Source: a virus (taxonomy: Duplodnaviria; Heunggongvirae; Uroviricota; Caudoviricetes). Taken from it: a stretch of 23,775 nt of DNA. Made by a program: the position numbers and the translations under genes. Below are positions 1 to 8,311 of the stretch, in pieces. How positions within the stretch are numbered: position 1 is the stretch's first letter; each line of letters opens with the position of its first letter. The notes beneath the pieces were generated by a model. It made no database searches. It was not told where the DNA came from and saw only the letters and a list, made by a program, of their open reading frames with translations. The DNA lies in the IMG/VR virus record IMGVR_UViG_2541047805_000001. One strand, given 5' to 3'.

Positions 1-1314
1 CTATTTGATAAATATTAAATTAATTTTCATTGCTTCGTTATGGGGCATGGTTGGGGCAAACTCGCTTAACTGTGTATTTAACAAAGCTACCTGTGCATTA
101 TTGTTTTCAGACATCCATTTTCCGTATACCTGAAATACCATTTGCGCATCTGCATGGCCCATCTGGTTTGCTATAAATGCCGGGTTAGCACCAGCTGTCA
201 GCGACCAGCAGGCATAAGTATGTCTCGACTGATATGATTTTCGATGGCGGAGTCCGGCACGTTTTATCGCTGCGTCCCACATCTGCCTTATTGAGTCAAC
301 GGTAAAATGGTCACCATAATTTTTTACTCTCGCTGACACTTCAGGTTGAAAAACAAAGGTGCATTTTTGTTTTTCTGTTCTGCCATACTCTCTGAGGTGA
401 ACATCAATGATATGCTCTTTGCTCAGTCTCGTTAATGTCATCTGACTCCGGAGAGCGTCGATTGCTGGCTTAATAAGATGAATGACCCGATTGGTTCCCG
501 CCTGTGTTTTTGGTACCGTGAAACGGTCTTTTGCTAAATTTCTCCTGATCATCATTGTTCCATTTTTCAGATCTATGTCCTCCCATCCAAGTGCACACAG
601 CTCACCAGGGCGAACTCCAGTATAAACAGAAACACACCATAAATTTTTTGCTTGCTGATTTCTGCACGCATCGATAAGACGGATAAATTCTTCCCGCGAA
701 AGAGGATCCGGAATGGTTCTTGATTCCTTTAATGGCGAGATCCCCTTAAACGGATTATCTGCCAGGTAACCGTTATCAACACCAAACTGGAACACGGCGT
801 TAAGATTTGTCATGTAATTATTTACAGTTACAGCCGATCTCCCTGGTTGTGTAACAATATAGTTACTTTTGGGGATCTGGTATCCAGTCAGTAACTCTTT
901 ACGAACCTCCAGTAATTTTTCTTTATTAATCGATGAGGCAAGATTTTTTTCACCGATTATGCTCAGGATATTTTTGATGACGGCACGGTATGTGTTGAGT
1001 GATGTTTTGGCGACTTCAGTTTCTTTCAGTGCCAGAAATTTTTCAGCCAGTTCTTTTATGGTTAAATCTTGTCGGGCCTCACCAAATTTTTCCAGATTGC
1101 GTGAGGAGGGAAACTGTTTTGCATAGTCGAAAACACCAGTTTTTATTGCGTAACAAACAGAGGAGCGTAGTTCACCTGCAACGCGCCTGTTTTTTGCTGT
1201 GTCAGGAACCCCCAGATTTTCCCTGACTCTTACGTCTTTATAAACAAACCAGATACGTAATTTCCCTCCATGGTTTTCCACGCCTGTCGGATATTTCATT
1301 TCAACTTCTCTCAT
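1..1314 (-). CDS. intQ: Phage integrase, tyrosine recombinase (lambda Int family), apparently full length (437 aa)
   Basis: Complete ORF with stop at window positions 1-3. C-terminal catalytic region has the R...HxxR...Y signature (HTYACWSLTAGANP...VFQVYGKWM). Sits at the prophage end next to an excisionase-like gene. Symbol assigned by Qin synteny; the K-12 copy is recalled to be a pseudogene. Confidence 0.85.
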   Translation of the reverse strand: MREVEMKYPTGVENHGGKLRIWFVYKDVRVRENLGVPDTAKNRRVAGELRSSVCYAIKTGVFDYAKQFPSSRNLEKFGEARQDLTIKELAEKFLALKETEVAKTSLNTYRAVIKNILSIIGEKNLASSINKEKLLEVRKELLTGYQIPKSNYIVTQPGRSAVTVNNYMTNLNAVFQFGVDNGYLADNPFKGISPLKESRTIPDPLSREEFIRLIDACRNQQAKNLWCVSVYTGVRPGELCALGWEDIDLKNGTMMIRRNLAKDRFTVPKTQAGTNRVIHLIKPAIDALRSQMTLTRLSKEHIIDVHLREYGRTEKQKCTFVFQPEVSARVKNYGDHFTVDSIRQMWDAAIKRAGLRHRKSYQSRHTYACWSLTAGANPAFIANQMGHADAQMVFQVYGKWMSENNNAQVALLNTQLSEFAPTMPHNEAMKINLIFIK

Positions 1315-1333
1315 TAGTTAGTGTGGCTTTTAG

Positions 1334-1585
1334 TCAAGTAAGATGACGTCTTGGTCTCGCTGATGCCTGGCGCTCAATCCAGCGATCAATTTCTTCCAGG
1401 TTGTAAAAGCATGGACTGTTATCCCATGGCATACCGTCATGAGCGACATGCTTATATTCCCTTCCTTCCATAAACGATTTTTCCCGGGCCTTTTTTAACG
1501 TACCTTTTTTTATTCCTTTCAGCGCAATTAACTGCTCTTCGGATACCCATTTGCCGGGAGAGACAATCATGATTACTTCGCTCAT
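1334..1585 (-). CDS. Excisionase-like small DNA-binding protein (Xis)
   Basis: 83-aa ORF immediately upstream of int on the same strand. Contains a GREYK segment resembling the lambda Xis winged-helix region (GREYLFHE). Start may be the internal Met (MIVSPGKW). Confidence 0.65.
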   Translation of the reverse strand: MSEVIMIVSPGKWVSEEQLIALKGIKKGTLKKAREKSFMEGREYKHVAHDGMPWDNSPCFYNLEEIDRWIERQASARPRRHLT

Positions 1586-1657
1586 CGATTTCTTTATCTC
1601 TTACATCAGACGAGCGCCGGTTGCAGAATACCAGTCACAACCGGCGACAGTTGAACA

Positions 1658-4129
1658 TTAAGAATCAGCCTGACTCGGGATCAGTTTTTGCCAGATAACT
1701 GAAACGTATTTTGCCTGGTAACGGGCGTCATCAAGTGCATTATGGCGCTCACCTTCGAATGGAATAGCCGTTCTGGCATCGAAGTCTATGGCTTTCCCCA
1801 GCTCAACGATTGTGCGTACATCGCGATCGTTGTAGTAACGCCACGGGCAGGGGATCCCCTGCCGTTCGTATGAACGGCGCAAAATCGTGTTGTCGAAGTT
1901 GGCTCCATTTCCCCAAACCTGAACAAAAAATTCACCGGAGTTTTCGTCGATAAATTCTCGCAATTGTAACAGTGCATCATCTAACGGGATTTCATCGGTC
2001 ATAATGGCAGATTGCGCTTCGCGTGATTGCTTAAGCCACCATTTAATGGTGTCCCGATCAATGACTCCGCCAGCAGTTTCCAGATCGATAGTCTTACTAA
2101 ATTCCGGTCCCATATCTCCGGTTTGCGGATCGAAAAATATTGCACCTATTGAGATGATCGGGGCATCAGGATTTTTTCCCATGGTTTCAAGGTCGATCAT
2201 TAGATGGTCACACGTCCTGCTGGTGGATGTGATTTCGTGATGACCGTTCACCTTAATTGGGTGATCTGCCGTCTCGCCAGTTTCATTATCGCTATTGTGA
2301 TGCTGATTGCCGCCAGTGTTCTCCTTGTGTGGATGTTCAGCGCCTTCCATTTCCTCCGGATCATCTTCCTGAACTTCAACCTGATACTCTTCATCGAATG
2401 TTTCTTGGTATGTTGCGTCGCCCATCACCGCGCCACAATCAGGGCAGTTGCCGCCGCCGGTCTGACCGCAGGCGGTGCAGACTTTTTCCACTTCCTGTTG
2501 CGCTACTGGTTCAGGCTGTTTCGTTTCTGGCTCGTTTTGTAACGCATTTGGACTGTTTTGTTCCGCTTTTTGGTAGTTCCGTTCCGATTCATGCTGGTTC
2601 TGGTTCACAGAATCGCGGGTCTGGAGCCCCTTAACCCATTTCGGATCATTCGGGTCACTAATCCCTTCAACAAATTCACCACGTGATGCAGCAAGCAACT
2701 TATCGGCGTCAGGCTGGCTGATATTGGCTGCCTGCATAATTTTGTTTACTTCGTCAGCGGTAACTTTTATCGGCTCTGGTTGTTCTGAATCTTCAGCGGT
2801 ATCTACATTTTGCGGTAAGCCCGTGTATGTGCCATTTTTTCGGGCAAAATATTCTTCTTTTGTGATTTCAGTGGCGCCAGCAGCCAGTGCCTTATCCAGA
2901 CCAGAGAGTTTGTTTGCGCGACCGTATTTTTCTCCGTCCTTATCTGCGAAGAGGAAATAGAACGGCCCCTCACGCTCTACAGATGGTTCAGCTTCCGGCG
3001 CGGTTTCATTTTTTGGGATATCAGATACCTCAGTTTCCACTGCATCAGTTTGTGTTTCTGATGACTGGAGAACATCAACAGTGCCCAGGTCTGTTTCTTC
3101 ATTCTCAAACACGCCCTTTGTCGTCAGGTATTCGCAGATATATTTGTTCAGTGCTACGGGATCTTTGTGAATGTCGATCGGACGCTCACGGACAAGGCCA
3201 AAAATAGTTTGGCGGTCGTAGCGAAGGGCATCAGGCTGTTTGCGCATTGATGCCGAGATACGCTTCCAGTCTTCGCGGTCGTTGTCGATAACTTCTTTTT
3301 TTGCCCAGCGATGGATGCTGCCGTCAATGTTTCCGGCATCCACATCACTAGGCCAGAGAGCGTAGGCCAGTTCGTCATCCAGTGTTTTCCATGTCTGCTT
3401 GTATTCGCGATGAATGGCAGCAATGACCGGGCTGATTTTTCCTGTTGAATTTTCAGTGTACTGTTGATTGGCTCTGGCGCGGGCGAGATCAACAACAGAC
3501 GTGTATTTTCCGGTTTCCTTGCGTTCACCTTCGCGACGTTTTTTCCAGATGCGCATCTCTGCCTGAATTTCGGGCCATTTAGCACCAGGAATACATTTAT
3601 GCTTAACCCACCCAATGGCGTGCAACTTAAGCTCCGGATACATGGCGTTAACTTCTGGCATTTTCATCAACGCTTCAACGATATGTCCGTCGAATGTTGC
3701 CATGTCTTCCTGCAACAATTCCTGTGCGCTAATAACCATATCAACGGTGATGTTTTCACATGTGTCGAACTTAACCATGACAGCGTTCTGTACTTCAGGG
3801 GCCAGCTTGTCAAAAGTGACGTTCATCGGATCGGATTCAGTCTCAACCGGGACAAAAGAAGCAGACTCCTCATCCCAGCGGTTTTCCTGCATATATTCAG
3901 CATCCCATGAATCGAGGGCAGGGCGGGGTATGCCAGGTTTATCCTCGCAGACAATAAATTTATAAGCGCAGTCCTGAGCAGCCGGATAATGTTCCAGGAA
4001 TTGCCAGTGAAATTTTGCTCGAGCACGGCGTTCGTCGCCAGCTTCAATGGCTGTGGCTACAGCCACAGCGCCTTCTTCCCTTGTTGCCAGTTCGTCAGGA
4101 ATAGCGGCGCAAATAAAGACTTTACTCAT
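1658..4129 (-). CDS. Large phage exonuclease annotated in databases as exodeoxyribonuclease VIII-like; C-terminal DEDDh (DnaQ-like) 3'-5' exonuclease domain
   Basis: ORF runs 1658..4165 with a TTG at 4165; ATG at 4129 (MSKVFICAA) has a GAGG about 9 nt upstream. C-terminus carries DnaQ-like motifs (HLMIDLETMG; HNALDDARYQ). Central acidic low-complexity region and a CxxC-x8-CxxC zinc ribbon (CTACGQTGGGNCPDCG). Occupies the position of the K-12 ydfE pseudogene. Confidence 0.8.
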   Translation of the reverse strand: MSKVFICAAIPDELATREEGAVAVATAIEAGDERRARAKFHWQFLEHYPAAQDCAYKFIVCEDKPGIPRPALDSWDAEYMQENRWDEESASFVPVETESDPMNVTFDKLAPEVQNAVMVKFDTCENITVDMVISAQELLQEDMATFDGHIVEALMKMPEVNAMYPELKLHAIGWVKHKCIPGAKWPEIQAEMRIWKKRREGERKETGKYTSVVDLARARANQQYTENSTGKISPVIAAIHREYKQTWKTLDDELAYALWPSDVDAGNIDGSIHRWAKKEVIDNDREDWKRISASMRKQPDALRYDRQTIFGLVRERPIDIHKDPVALNKYICEYLTTKGVFENEETDLGTVDVLQSSETQTDAVETEVSDIPKNETAPEAEPSVEREGPFYFLFADKDGEKYGRANKLSGLDKALAAGATEITKEEYFARKNGTYTGLPQNVDTAEDSEQPEPIKVTADEVNKIMQAANISQPDADKLLAASRGEFVEGISDPNDPKWVKGLQTRDSVNQNQHESERNYQKAEQNSPNALQNEPETKQPEPVAQQEVEKVCTACGQTGGGNCPDCGAVMGDATYQETFDEEYQVEVQEDDPEEMEGAEHPHKENTGGNQHHNSDNETGETADHPIKVNGHHEITSTSRTCDHLMIDLETMGKNPDAPIISIGAIFFDPQTGDMGPEFSKTIDLETAGGVIDRDTIKWWLKQSREAQSAIMTDEIPLDDALLQLREFIDENSGEFFVQVWGNGANFDNTILRRSYERQGIPCPWRYYNDRDVRTIVELGKAIDFDARTAIPFEGERHNALDDARYQAKYVSVIWQKLIPSQADS

Positions 4130-4221
4130 TTGTTTTAACCTCATGACAGATTTAAGGATGAACAAATCCCTGCCATTGCTGGCATATAAGAATGAAACCG
4201 GATATTTATTACGGAACTGTT

Positions 4222-4413
4222 TTAAAGACCTGCCGGGATTTCGATATTATCCTGGTGAATAACTTTATCGACCGGGTAACAGTTACCGGGAATTTTCTGT
4301 TCGGTTGCTGCAGTCATACACTCCTGCATTGTCCTGTGAACACTGACTGCAATATCAACTGGCTCTCCGGAAACAAGAAAAACTGTCAGAACAAGCACAA
4401 ATGCTGAATTCAT
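4222..4413 (-). CDS. ydfD: YdfD, small membrane lysis protein (63 aa)
   Basis: MNSAFVLVLTVFLVSGEP... has an N-terminal hydrophobic segment. Start overlaps dicB stop by 4 nt (translational coupling). Length and sequence match recalled Qin YdfD. Confidence 0.75.
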   Translation of the reverse strand: MNSAFVLVLTVFLVSGEPVDIAVSVHRTMQECMTAATEQKIPGNCYPVDKVIHQDNIEIPAGL

Positions 4414-4598
4414 TGTGCACATCCTTTTGGCATCAGACGTAAACGAGCCAGCATTGAAACAATGCATATTTTATTTAATAGCTCCCGTTCTTGTTTTCTC
4501 TTGTTAATGGCATCTTCAGTAAATACTGGGTTACTGATAGTGACACCAATTTCAAAACAACCTTCAGACGTATTAACGTTTGGTAATAACGTTTTCAT
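4410..4598 (-). CDS. dicB: DicB cell-division inhibitor (62 aa)
   Basis: MKTLLPNVNTSEGCFEIGVTISNPVFTEDAINKRKQERELLNKICIVSMLARLRLMPKGCAQ matches recalled DicB. Lies downstream of DicF in the operon. Confidence 0.85.
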   Translation of the reverse strand: MKTLLPNVNTSEGCFEIGVTISNPVFTEDAINKRKQERELLNKICIVSMLARLRLMPKGCAQ

Positions 4599-4767
4599 TA
4601 TCGCGTCCTCAACAATGAATTTTGTGATGCAGTGCCTGGTGCCTCCAGGTGACGTTAACCAGTTAACAATTAACGCCGGATACAGAGAATCCACCCATAA
4701 CACTGTTTTTGGTTTTAACTGTTCCGCGTGCGCTCAGCCGCATTCACCACATCACAAAATTCACTTT

Positions 4768-4825
4768 AAAAAGGGCGGCAGAGCAGTCACGGAGTAAAAC
4801 TGATACCGCCAAACGTCACCAGAAA
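4768..4825 (-). ncRNA. dicF: DicF small regulatory RNA (ftsZ-targeting), with its intrinsic terminator
   Basis: Minus-strand sequence UUUCUGGUGACGUUUGGCGGUAUCAGUUUUACUCCGUGACUGCUCUGCCGCCCUUUUU matches recalled DicF, including the GC-rich hairpin and U-run. Ends are approximate because DicF is processed from the operon transcript. Confidence 0.8.
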
Positions 4826-5165
4826 ATTGATAACAGAGGGCGTTGCAGCGGGGTTGTCACTTAAGCGTATGGTCAACCTGACAACCCGGTGTCCTCAACG
4901 GGGAAGGAATAACCCCGCCATACTTACCGCCGCGCCATTTCGCGGGTTGCCACAACCGGAAGCGCACGGTCGACGAAAATTTAACGACAGGCTATCTATG
5001 AACCAGCTACCTCGCCGTGCGCTTTCGCGTTATGGTCTGACTTTTCAGGGAAATATCCTTTCAGTAAACTGTCAGTTCCGGATGCGCACCCGTGTCCGGC
5101 GCACGCACTCCACCTCACCCGTGGAGAACTCCTTAATTACTAACCTTAGCTTTGTTGATTAGCTA

Positions 5166-5384
5166 CTAACGCGGGTATGTAATCATTCTGGCAATGCTTA
5201 ATGCCGCTGCTTTTTCCAGATTGGTGATATCCTGCTCCAGAGCGGACAGATTTTCAGCCTGCTTAGCCCTGGCTTCATTAGCCCATTTCAGATCCTGCGC
5301 TGCATTAATTTTCTGGCGCATCCACTCATAAAGTTCATCATCGGTATAGTCTGGCGCGATGATGACGGGTTCTCGTTTCTGCAT
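5166..5384 (-). CDS. ydfC: YdfC small protein (72 aa)
   Basis: 72-aa ORF MQKREPVIIAPDYTDDELYEWMRQ... at the expected position in the dicB operon. Confidence 0.7.
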   Translation of the reverse strand: MQKREPVIIAPDYTDDELYEWMRQKINAAQDLKWANEARAKQAENLSALEQDITNLEKAAALSIARMITYPR

Positions 5385-5413
5385 ACTGATTCCTCGCGGT
5401 GCTGTTTCGCTTA

Positions 5414-5542
5414 TCAGCCGTTAGATTTTGCCGAACTGGAAAGCGCCTGTTTAAACTCACTGAAGCTGAGAGCTTCTTCGCCTTCGGCAAGGCCTTCGAA
5501 GTATTCTTCGTAAGCCTTTTCCATGATTGTGTCGAAATCCAT
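5414..5542 (-). CDS. ydfB: YdfB small acidic protein (42 aa)
   Basis: Hand-translated from the minus strand: MDFDTIMEKAYEEYFEGLAEGEEALSFSEFKQALSSSAKSNG (42 aa). Start lies 2 nt after the ydfA stop. Below the ORF-track size cutoff. Confidence 0.6.
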   Translation of the reverse strand: MDFDTIMEKAYEEYFEGLAEGEEALSFSEFKQALSSSAKSNG

Positions 5543-5543
5543 A

Positions 5544-5699
5544 TCACTCACCTGAGTTTCTTTCCAGCCAGCGACGGGCACCATTTTCGGTTTTAAACGT
5601 TTTGCTTTTGGTATACGTCATTGCGGTGAACGTGCCGTCCTGGTTTGGAAACACGCCGTACACCAGAGATTCGTTGTTGCCAAGATCGATAGTATCCAT
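5544..5699 (-). CDS. ydfA: YdfA small protein (51 aa)
   Basis: Internal start of ORF 5544..5777 gives MDTIDLGNNESLVYGVFPNQDGTFTAMTYTKSKTFKTENGARRWLERNSGE (51 aa). First gene of the dicB operon, downstream of dicA. Confidence 0.65.
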   Translation of the reverse strand: MDTIDLGNNESLVYGVFPNQDGTFTAMTYTKSKTFKTENGARRWLERNSGE

Positions 5700-5779
5700 G
5701 CTGACCTCATTTCCCCTTAACGCTGGGGTAGCGGAACTGTTTGCTGAGAACACCGTGCGGTGTGTTGATGCAAACAAGA

Positions 5780-5831
5780 TTAGCCATGACTAACATATCG
5801 GTCAAGTGATTTTGTATGCTATAGCTAACAT
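5780..5831 (-). promoter_or_regulatory. Putative operator/promoter region of the dicB operon
   Basis: TTAGCCATGACTAACA (5780-5795) and TAGCTAACA (5822-5830) share the ATGACTAACA / GCTAACA core with the palindromes in the dicA-dicC intergenic region. Lies between dicA 3' end and ydfA start. Confidence 0.4.
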
Positions 5832-5865
5832 AATTGATGTGGTAAAAGATAACTCATTGATGATG

Positions 5866-6273
5866 TTATCTTTTATTTGTCCGCTGACGGGCTTTTAGTA
5901 ATTCTTCAAAGAGTTTATTGAAGTTTTTTACTCGAGCTCGCATTTCGGCGAGCTGGGTATCCTGTTCTGATTCTGGCAGTGCATTAAACAGCTCAAGGAG
6001 CTCTAGTTCTTTGGGGGATAAGGCAACTGGCTTCTCAACAGGTGGTGTTGGTTGCTTGTCTTCATCGCCAAATAGAATCCATGTTGGTGAGCATTGCAAT
6101 ACTTTGCTGAGGGCAAAAAGGTTCTTCCCTGTAGGTTCACTATCACCCCGTTCCCATTGTGATACAGACACATGGGAGATTTTCAGGGCTTTAGCAAGAG
6201 ACCTTTGGGTGTGTTTGAGGTTTTTCCGACGATACCTGATGCGTTCGCCGATAGTTAAATTTTTTGTTTCCAT
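5866..6273 (-). CDS. dicA: DicA, HTH (XRE-family) repressor (135 aa)
   Basis: METKNLTIGERIRYRRKNLKHTQRSLAKALKISHVSVSQWERG... has an N-terminal HTH. Divergent from dicC. Matches recalled DicA. Confidence 0.9.
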   Translation of the reverse strand: METKNLTIGERIRYRRKNLKHTQRSLAKALKISHVSVSQWERGDSEPTGKNLFALSKVLQCSPTWILFGDEDKQPTPPVEKPVALSPKELELLELFNALPESEQDTQLAEMRARVKNFNKLFEELLKARQRTNKR

Positions 6274-6356
6274 AGTTAGCTAATGCTAAATCGTATTGAC
6301 TATGTTTTTGTTAACATCTATCTTGTTAGTTATGACTAACAATAAAGGTGTTTTAA
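6274..6356. promoter_or_regulatory. dicA/dicC divergent promoter-operator region
   Basis: 83-bp intergenic region with perfect palindrome TTAGCTAA (6275-6288 context) and inverted repeat TGTTAGTtatgACTAACA (6324-6341). TTGACT-like -35 at 6295-6300. Confidence 0.55.
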
Positions 6357-6587
6357 ATGCTTAAAACTGACGCTCTTTTGTATTTCGGTTCAAAAACAAA
6401 ACTTGCACAAGCAGCAGGTATTCGTTTGGCTTCGCTTTATAGCTGGAAAGGGGATTTAGTTCCCGAAGGTCGCGCGATGCGTCTACAGGAGGCATCTGGC
6501 GGGGAGCTTCAGTATGATCCCAAAGTTTATGATGAATATCGTAAGACGAAGCGGGCGGGGCGGTTGAACAATGAAAATCACTCCTGA
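6357..6587 (+). CDS. dicC: DicC, Cro-like regulator (76 aa)
   Basis: MLKTDALLYFGSKTKLAQAAGIRLASLYSWKGDL..., 76 aa, divergent from dicA. Matches recalled DicC. Confidence 0.85.
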   Translation: MLKTDALLYFGSKTKLAQAAGIRLASLYSWKGDLVPEGRAMRLQEASGGELQYDPKVYDEYRKTKRAGRLNNENHS

Positions 6588-6972
6588 ACAGGCTCGTGAG
6601 GCTCTGGATGCCTGGATATGTCGACCAGGAATGACACAGGAGCAGGCGACGATATTAATCACTGAAGCATTCTGGGCTTTGAAAGAGCGCCCGAACATCG
6701 ATGTTCAGCGTGTCACATATGAAGGTGGCGCGATTGATCAGCGAGCGCTTGGCGTTAATCGAGTGAAGATATTTGAACGCTGGAAGGCTATCGACACCAG
6801 GGATAAGCGTGAAAAGTTCACGGCGCTAGTGCCTGCAATTATGGAGGCTAAAGACACTGGGCATCGAGCCAATCCATGCCAACAGCCCGCAGGCAAAAGG
6901 GCGGGTAGAGCGCGCCAATCAGACACTACAGGACAGGCTGGTCAAAGAAATGCGGCTTCAGAATATCAGTGA
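6571..6972 (+). CDS. ydfX: YdfX-like ORF whose 3' part runs out of frame into a transposase remnant
   Basis: Start overlaps the dicC stop. N-terminal ~95 aa look protein-like. After about 6860 the frame is an out-of-frame read of the transposase fragment. Confidence 0.35.
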   Translation: MKITPEQAREALDAWICRPGMTQEQATILITEAFWALKERPNIDVQRVTYEGGAIDQRALGVNRVKIFERWKAIDTRDKREKFTALVPAIMEAKDTGHRANPCQQPAGKRAGRARQSDTTGQAGQRNAASEYQ

Positions 6973-7492
6973 TATTGAAACAGCAAATGCATGGTTGCCG
7001 ACCTTTATTGAAGCCTATAACAACCGGTTCGCTACGTCGCCTCGTACTACTGATAATGCTCATCTTGATGTGCACCATTCTGAAGAGGAACTGGGTTATA
7101 TCTTCAGCCTACAGGCGAAGCGCGTTCTGTCTAAAAATCTCACTTTCCAGTACAAAAGCAGTGCGTTTCAGGTACGCAGTGAGGGCCGGGGATATCGACT
7201 TAGGCATTCGGTTGTTACTGTATGCGAGAACTTTGACGGTGAAATTAACGTTCTGTATGACGGGAAAGCGCTGGGCTGGGAAAAGTATGTTGATGGCCCG
7301 GAGCCTATACCACTGGATGATGAAAAGAGTGTCCATGAACGAGTGGATAATGCCCGTATTGATTTACGCTCAAAATACTATGTTAAACCTAAAGCTGACC
7401 ATCCCTGGCTTACGCGCCGAACGCAAAGTCATCAGCAAGTTAAGCCCCCGAAGTTACCTAAAAAGAAGCCTGATCCCGATAAAAAAGATTGA
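6860..7492 (+). pseudogene. C-terminal fragment of a DDE (rve-type) transposase/integrase; equivalent of K-12 intK/ydfW
   Basis: Frame-2 translation from about 6860 reads GIEPIHANSPQAKGRVERANQTLQDRLVKEMRL..., a conserved DDE-transposase motif. No N-terminal part or start codon. ORF 6950..7492 is the tail of this frame. Confidence 0.6.
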
Positions 7493-7887
7493 AACCAAGA
7501 TCGATTCGGTTGAGTGCATATCCATTCATAGGGTAGATTCTTAAGTCGCGTTTCTGGTGTTCATTTTCGGGTGGTTTGTTACTTGTTTTACCGGGGATAT
7601 GCCAGAAACGCGCTGAGTCAGTCTGGGCGGTGCGCGTAATGAGGCGTTATGGTAAATAGCCTATGCTAATGTCCGCTAAGAGCAAGAAGCGGAAGTTGGC
7701 AGTTTTGTGGACTGTCCCCACAAAAGTGACTACAGAAATAGTTGCAATTCATAATTGATCATGGGTTGTCAGTTAAACTCGTGGCGATTTAAATAGACTA
7801 ATTGGGAGTGCGTCCATTACTTATATCTTGTAATGTTAACTATCAGAAATGATACAAAGATAATATGTCTTTAAAGAAAAGGCTGAT

Positions 7888-7915
7888 GGCGAAAAGTGGC
7901 CCGATGAGGGCCACA
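7888..7915 (-). terminator. Rho-independent terminator downstream of flxA
   Basis: Palindrome GTGGCCCgatgaGGGCCAC (7897-7915) followed on the minus strand by a U-rich run, just past the flxA stop. Confidence 0.5.
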
Positions 7916-7928
7916 ATACGGCTGTCAC

Positions 7929-8261
7929 TTAGACGTAAATATCAATGGTGCCAGCGGTATTTGTATCGTCTTTTTTCTCTTCTTTTTTATCAGGCTGAAC
8001 TGTCGCGTCTTCATTCTTTTTCTCTGCCTGCTGCCTTAACAACTGCTCCAGTTGAGCCCAGAGGCTTTCAATTTGCTTCTGTACCAATGCAGCCATTTCT
8101 TTTTTCTGCTGTGTCGTCATCCCCTCTTCCGATGAGATTTTCCCAAGCTTTTCAGTCAGCACCTGAATTTGTCTTGTGATTTTGGCTATTTCTGATGTTC
8201 CTTCCGGGGCGGAGTTGTTTGAAATAACGGTTGAGGTATTTCCCTGAATTGTGACAGACAT
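7929..8261 (-). CDS. flxA: FlxA, FliA-regulated protein (110 aa)
   Basis: MSVTIQGNTSTVISNNSAPEGTSEIAKITRQIQVLTEKLGK... matches recalled FlxA. Has its own sigma-28 promoter upstream. Confidence 0.85.
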   Translation of the reverse strand: MSVTIQGNTSTVISNNSAPEGTSEIAKITRQIQVLTEKLGKISSEEGMTTQQKKEMAALVQKQIESLWAQLEQLLRQQAEKKNEDATVQPDKKEEKKDDTNTAGTIDIYV

Positions 8262-8284
8262 AGATTTCTCCTTTTAAAAAAGCA

Positions 8285-8311
8285 CTATCGGCATGCACAA
8301 AAAAATCTTTA
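8285..8311 (-). promoter_or_regulatory. Sigma-28 (FliA) class promoter of flxA
   Basis: Minus strand reads TAAAGATT-N11-GCCGATAG against the sigma-28 consensus TAAAGTTT-N11-GCCGATAA. Placed about 25-50 nt upstream of the flxA start with a GGAG RBS between. Confidence 0.7.

Noticed and set aside
869-1226. Plus-strand ORFs of 85 and 75 aa inside the integrase gene
   Set aside because: Antisense to a well-supported integrase CDS; no independent support.
2004-3965. Several plus-strand ORFs of 78-148 aa (2004..2240, 2204..2542, 2257..2634, 2724..2960, 2887..3207, 3464..3910, 3615..3965)
   Set aside because: All lie antisense within the large exonuclease gene, have no RBS and low-complexity or implausible translations; shadow ORFs.
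4827-5162. 111-aa plus-strand ORF between dicF and ydfC
   Set aside because: Opposite strand to the dicB operon transcript and overlaps the DicF precursor region; Arg/Pro-rich translation looks non-coding.
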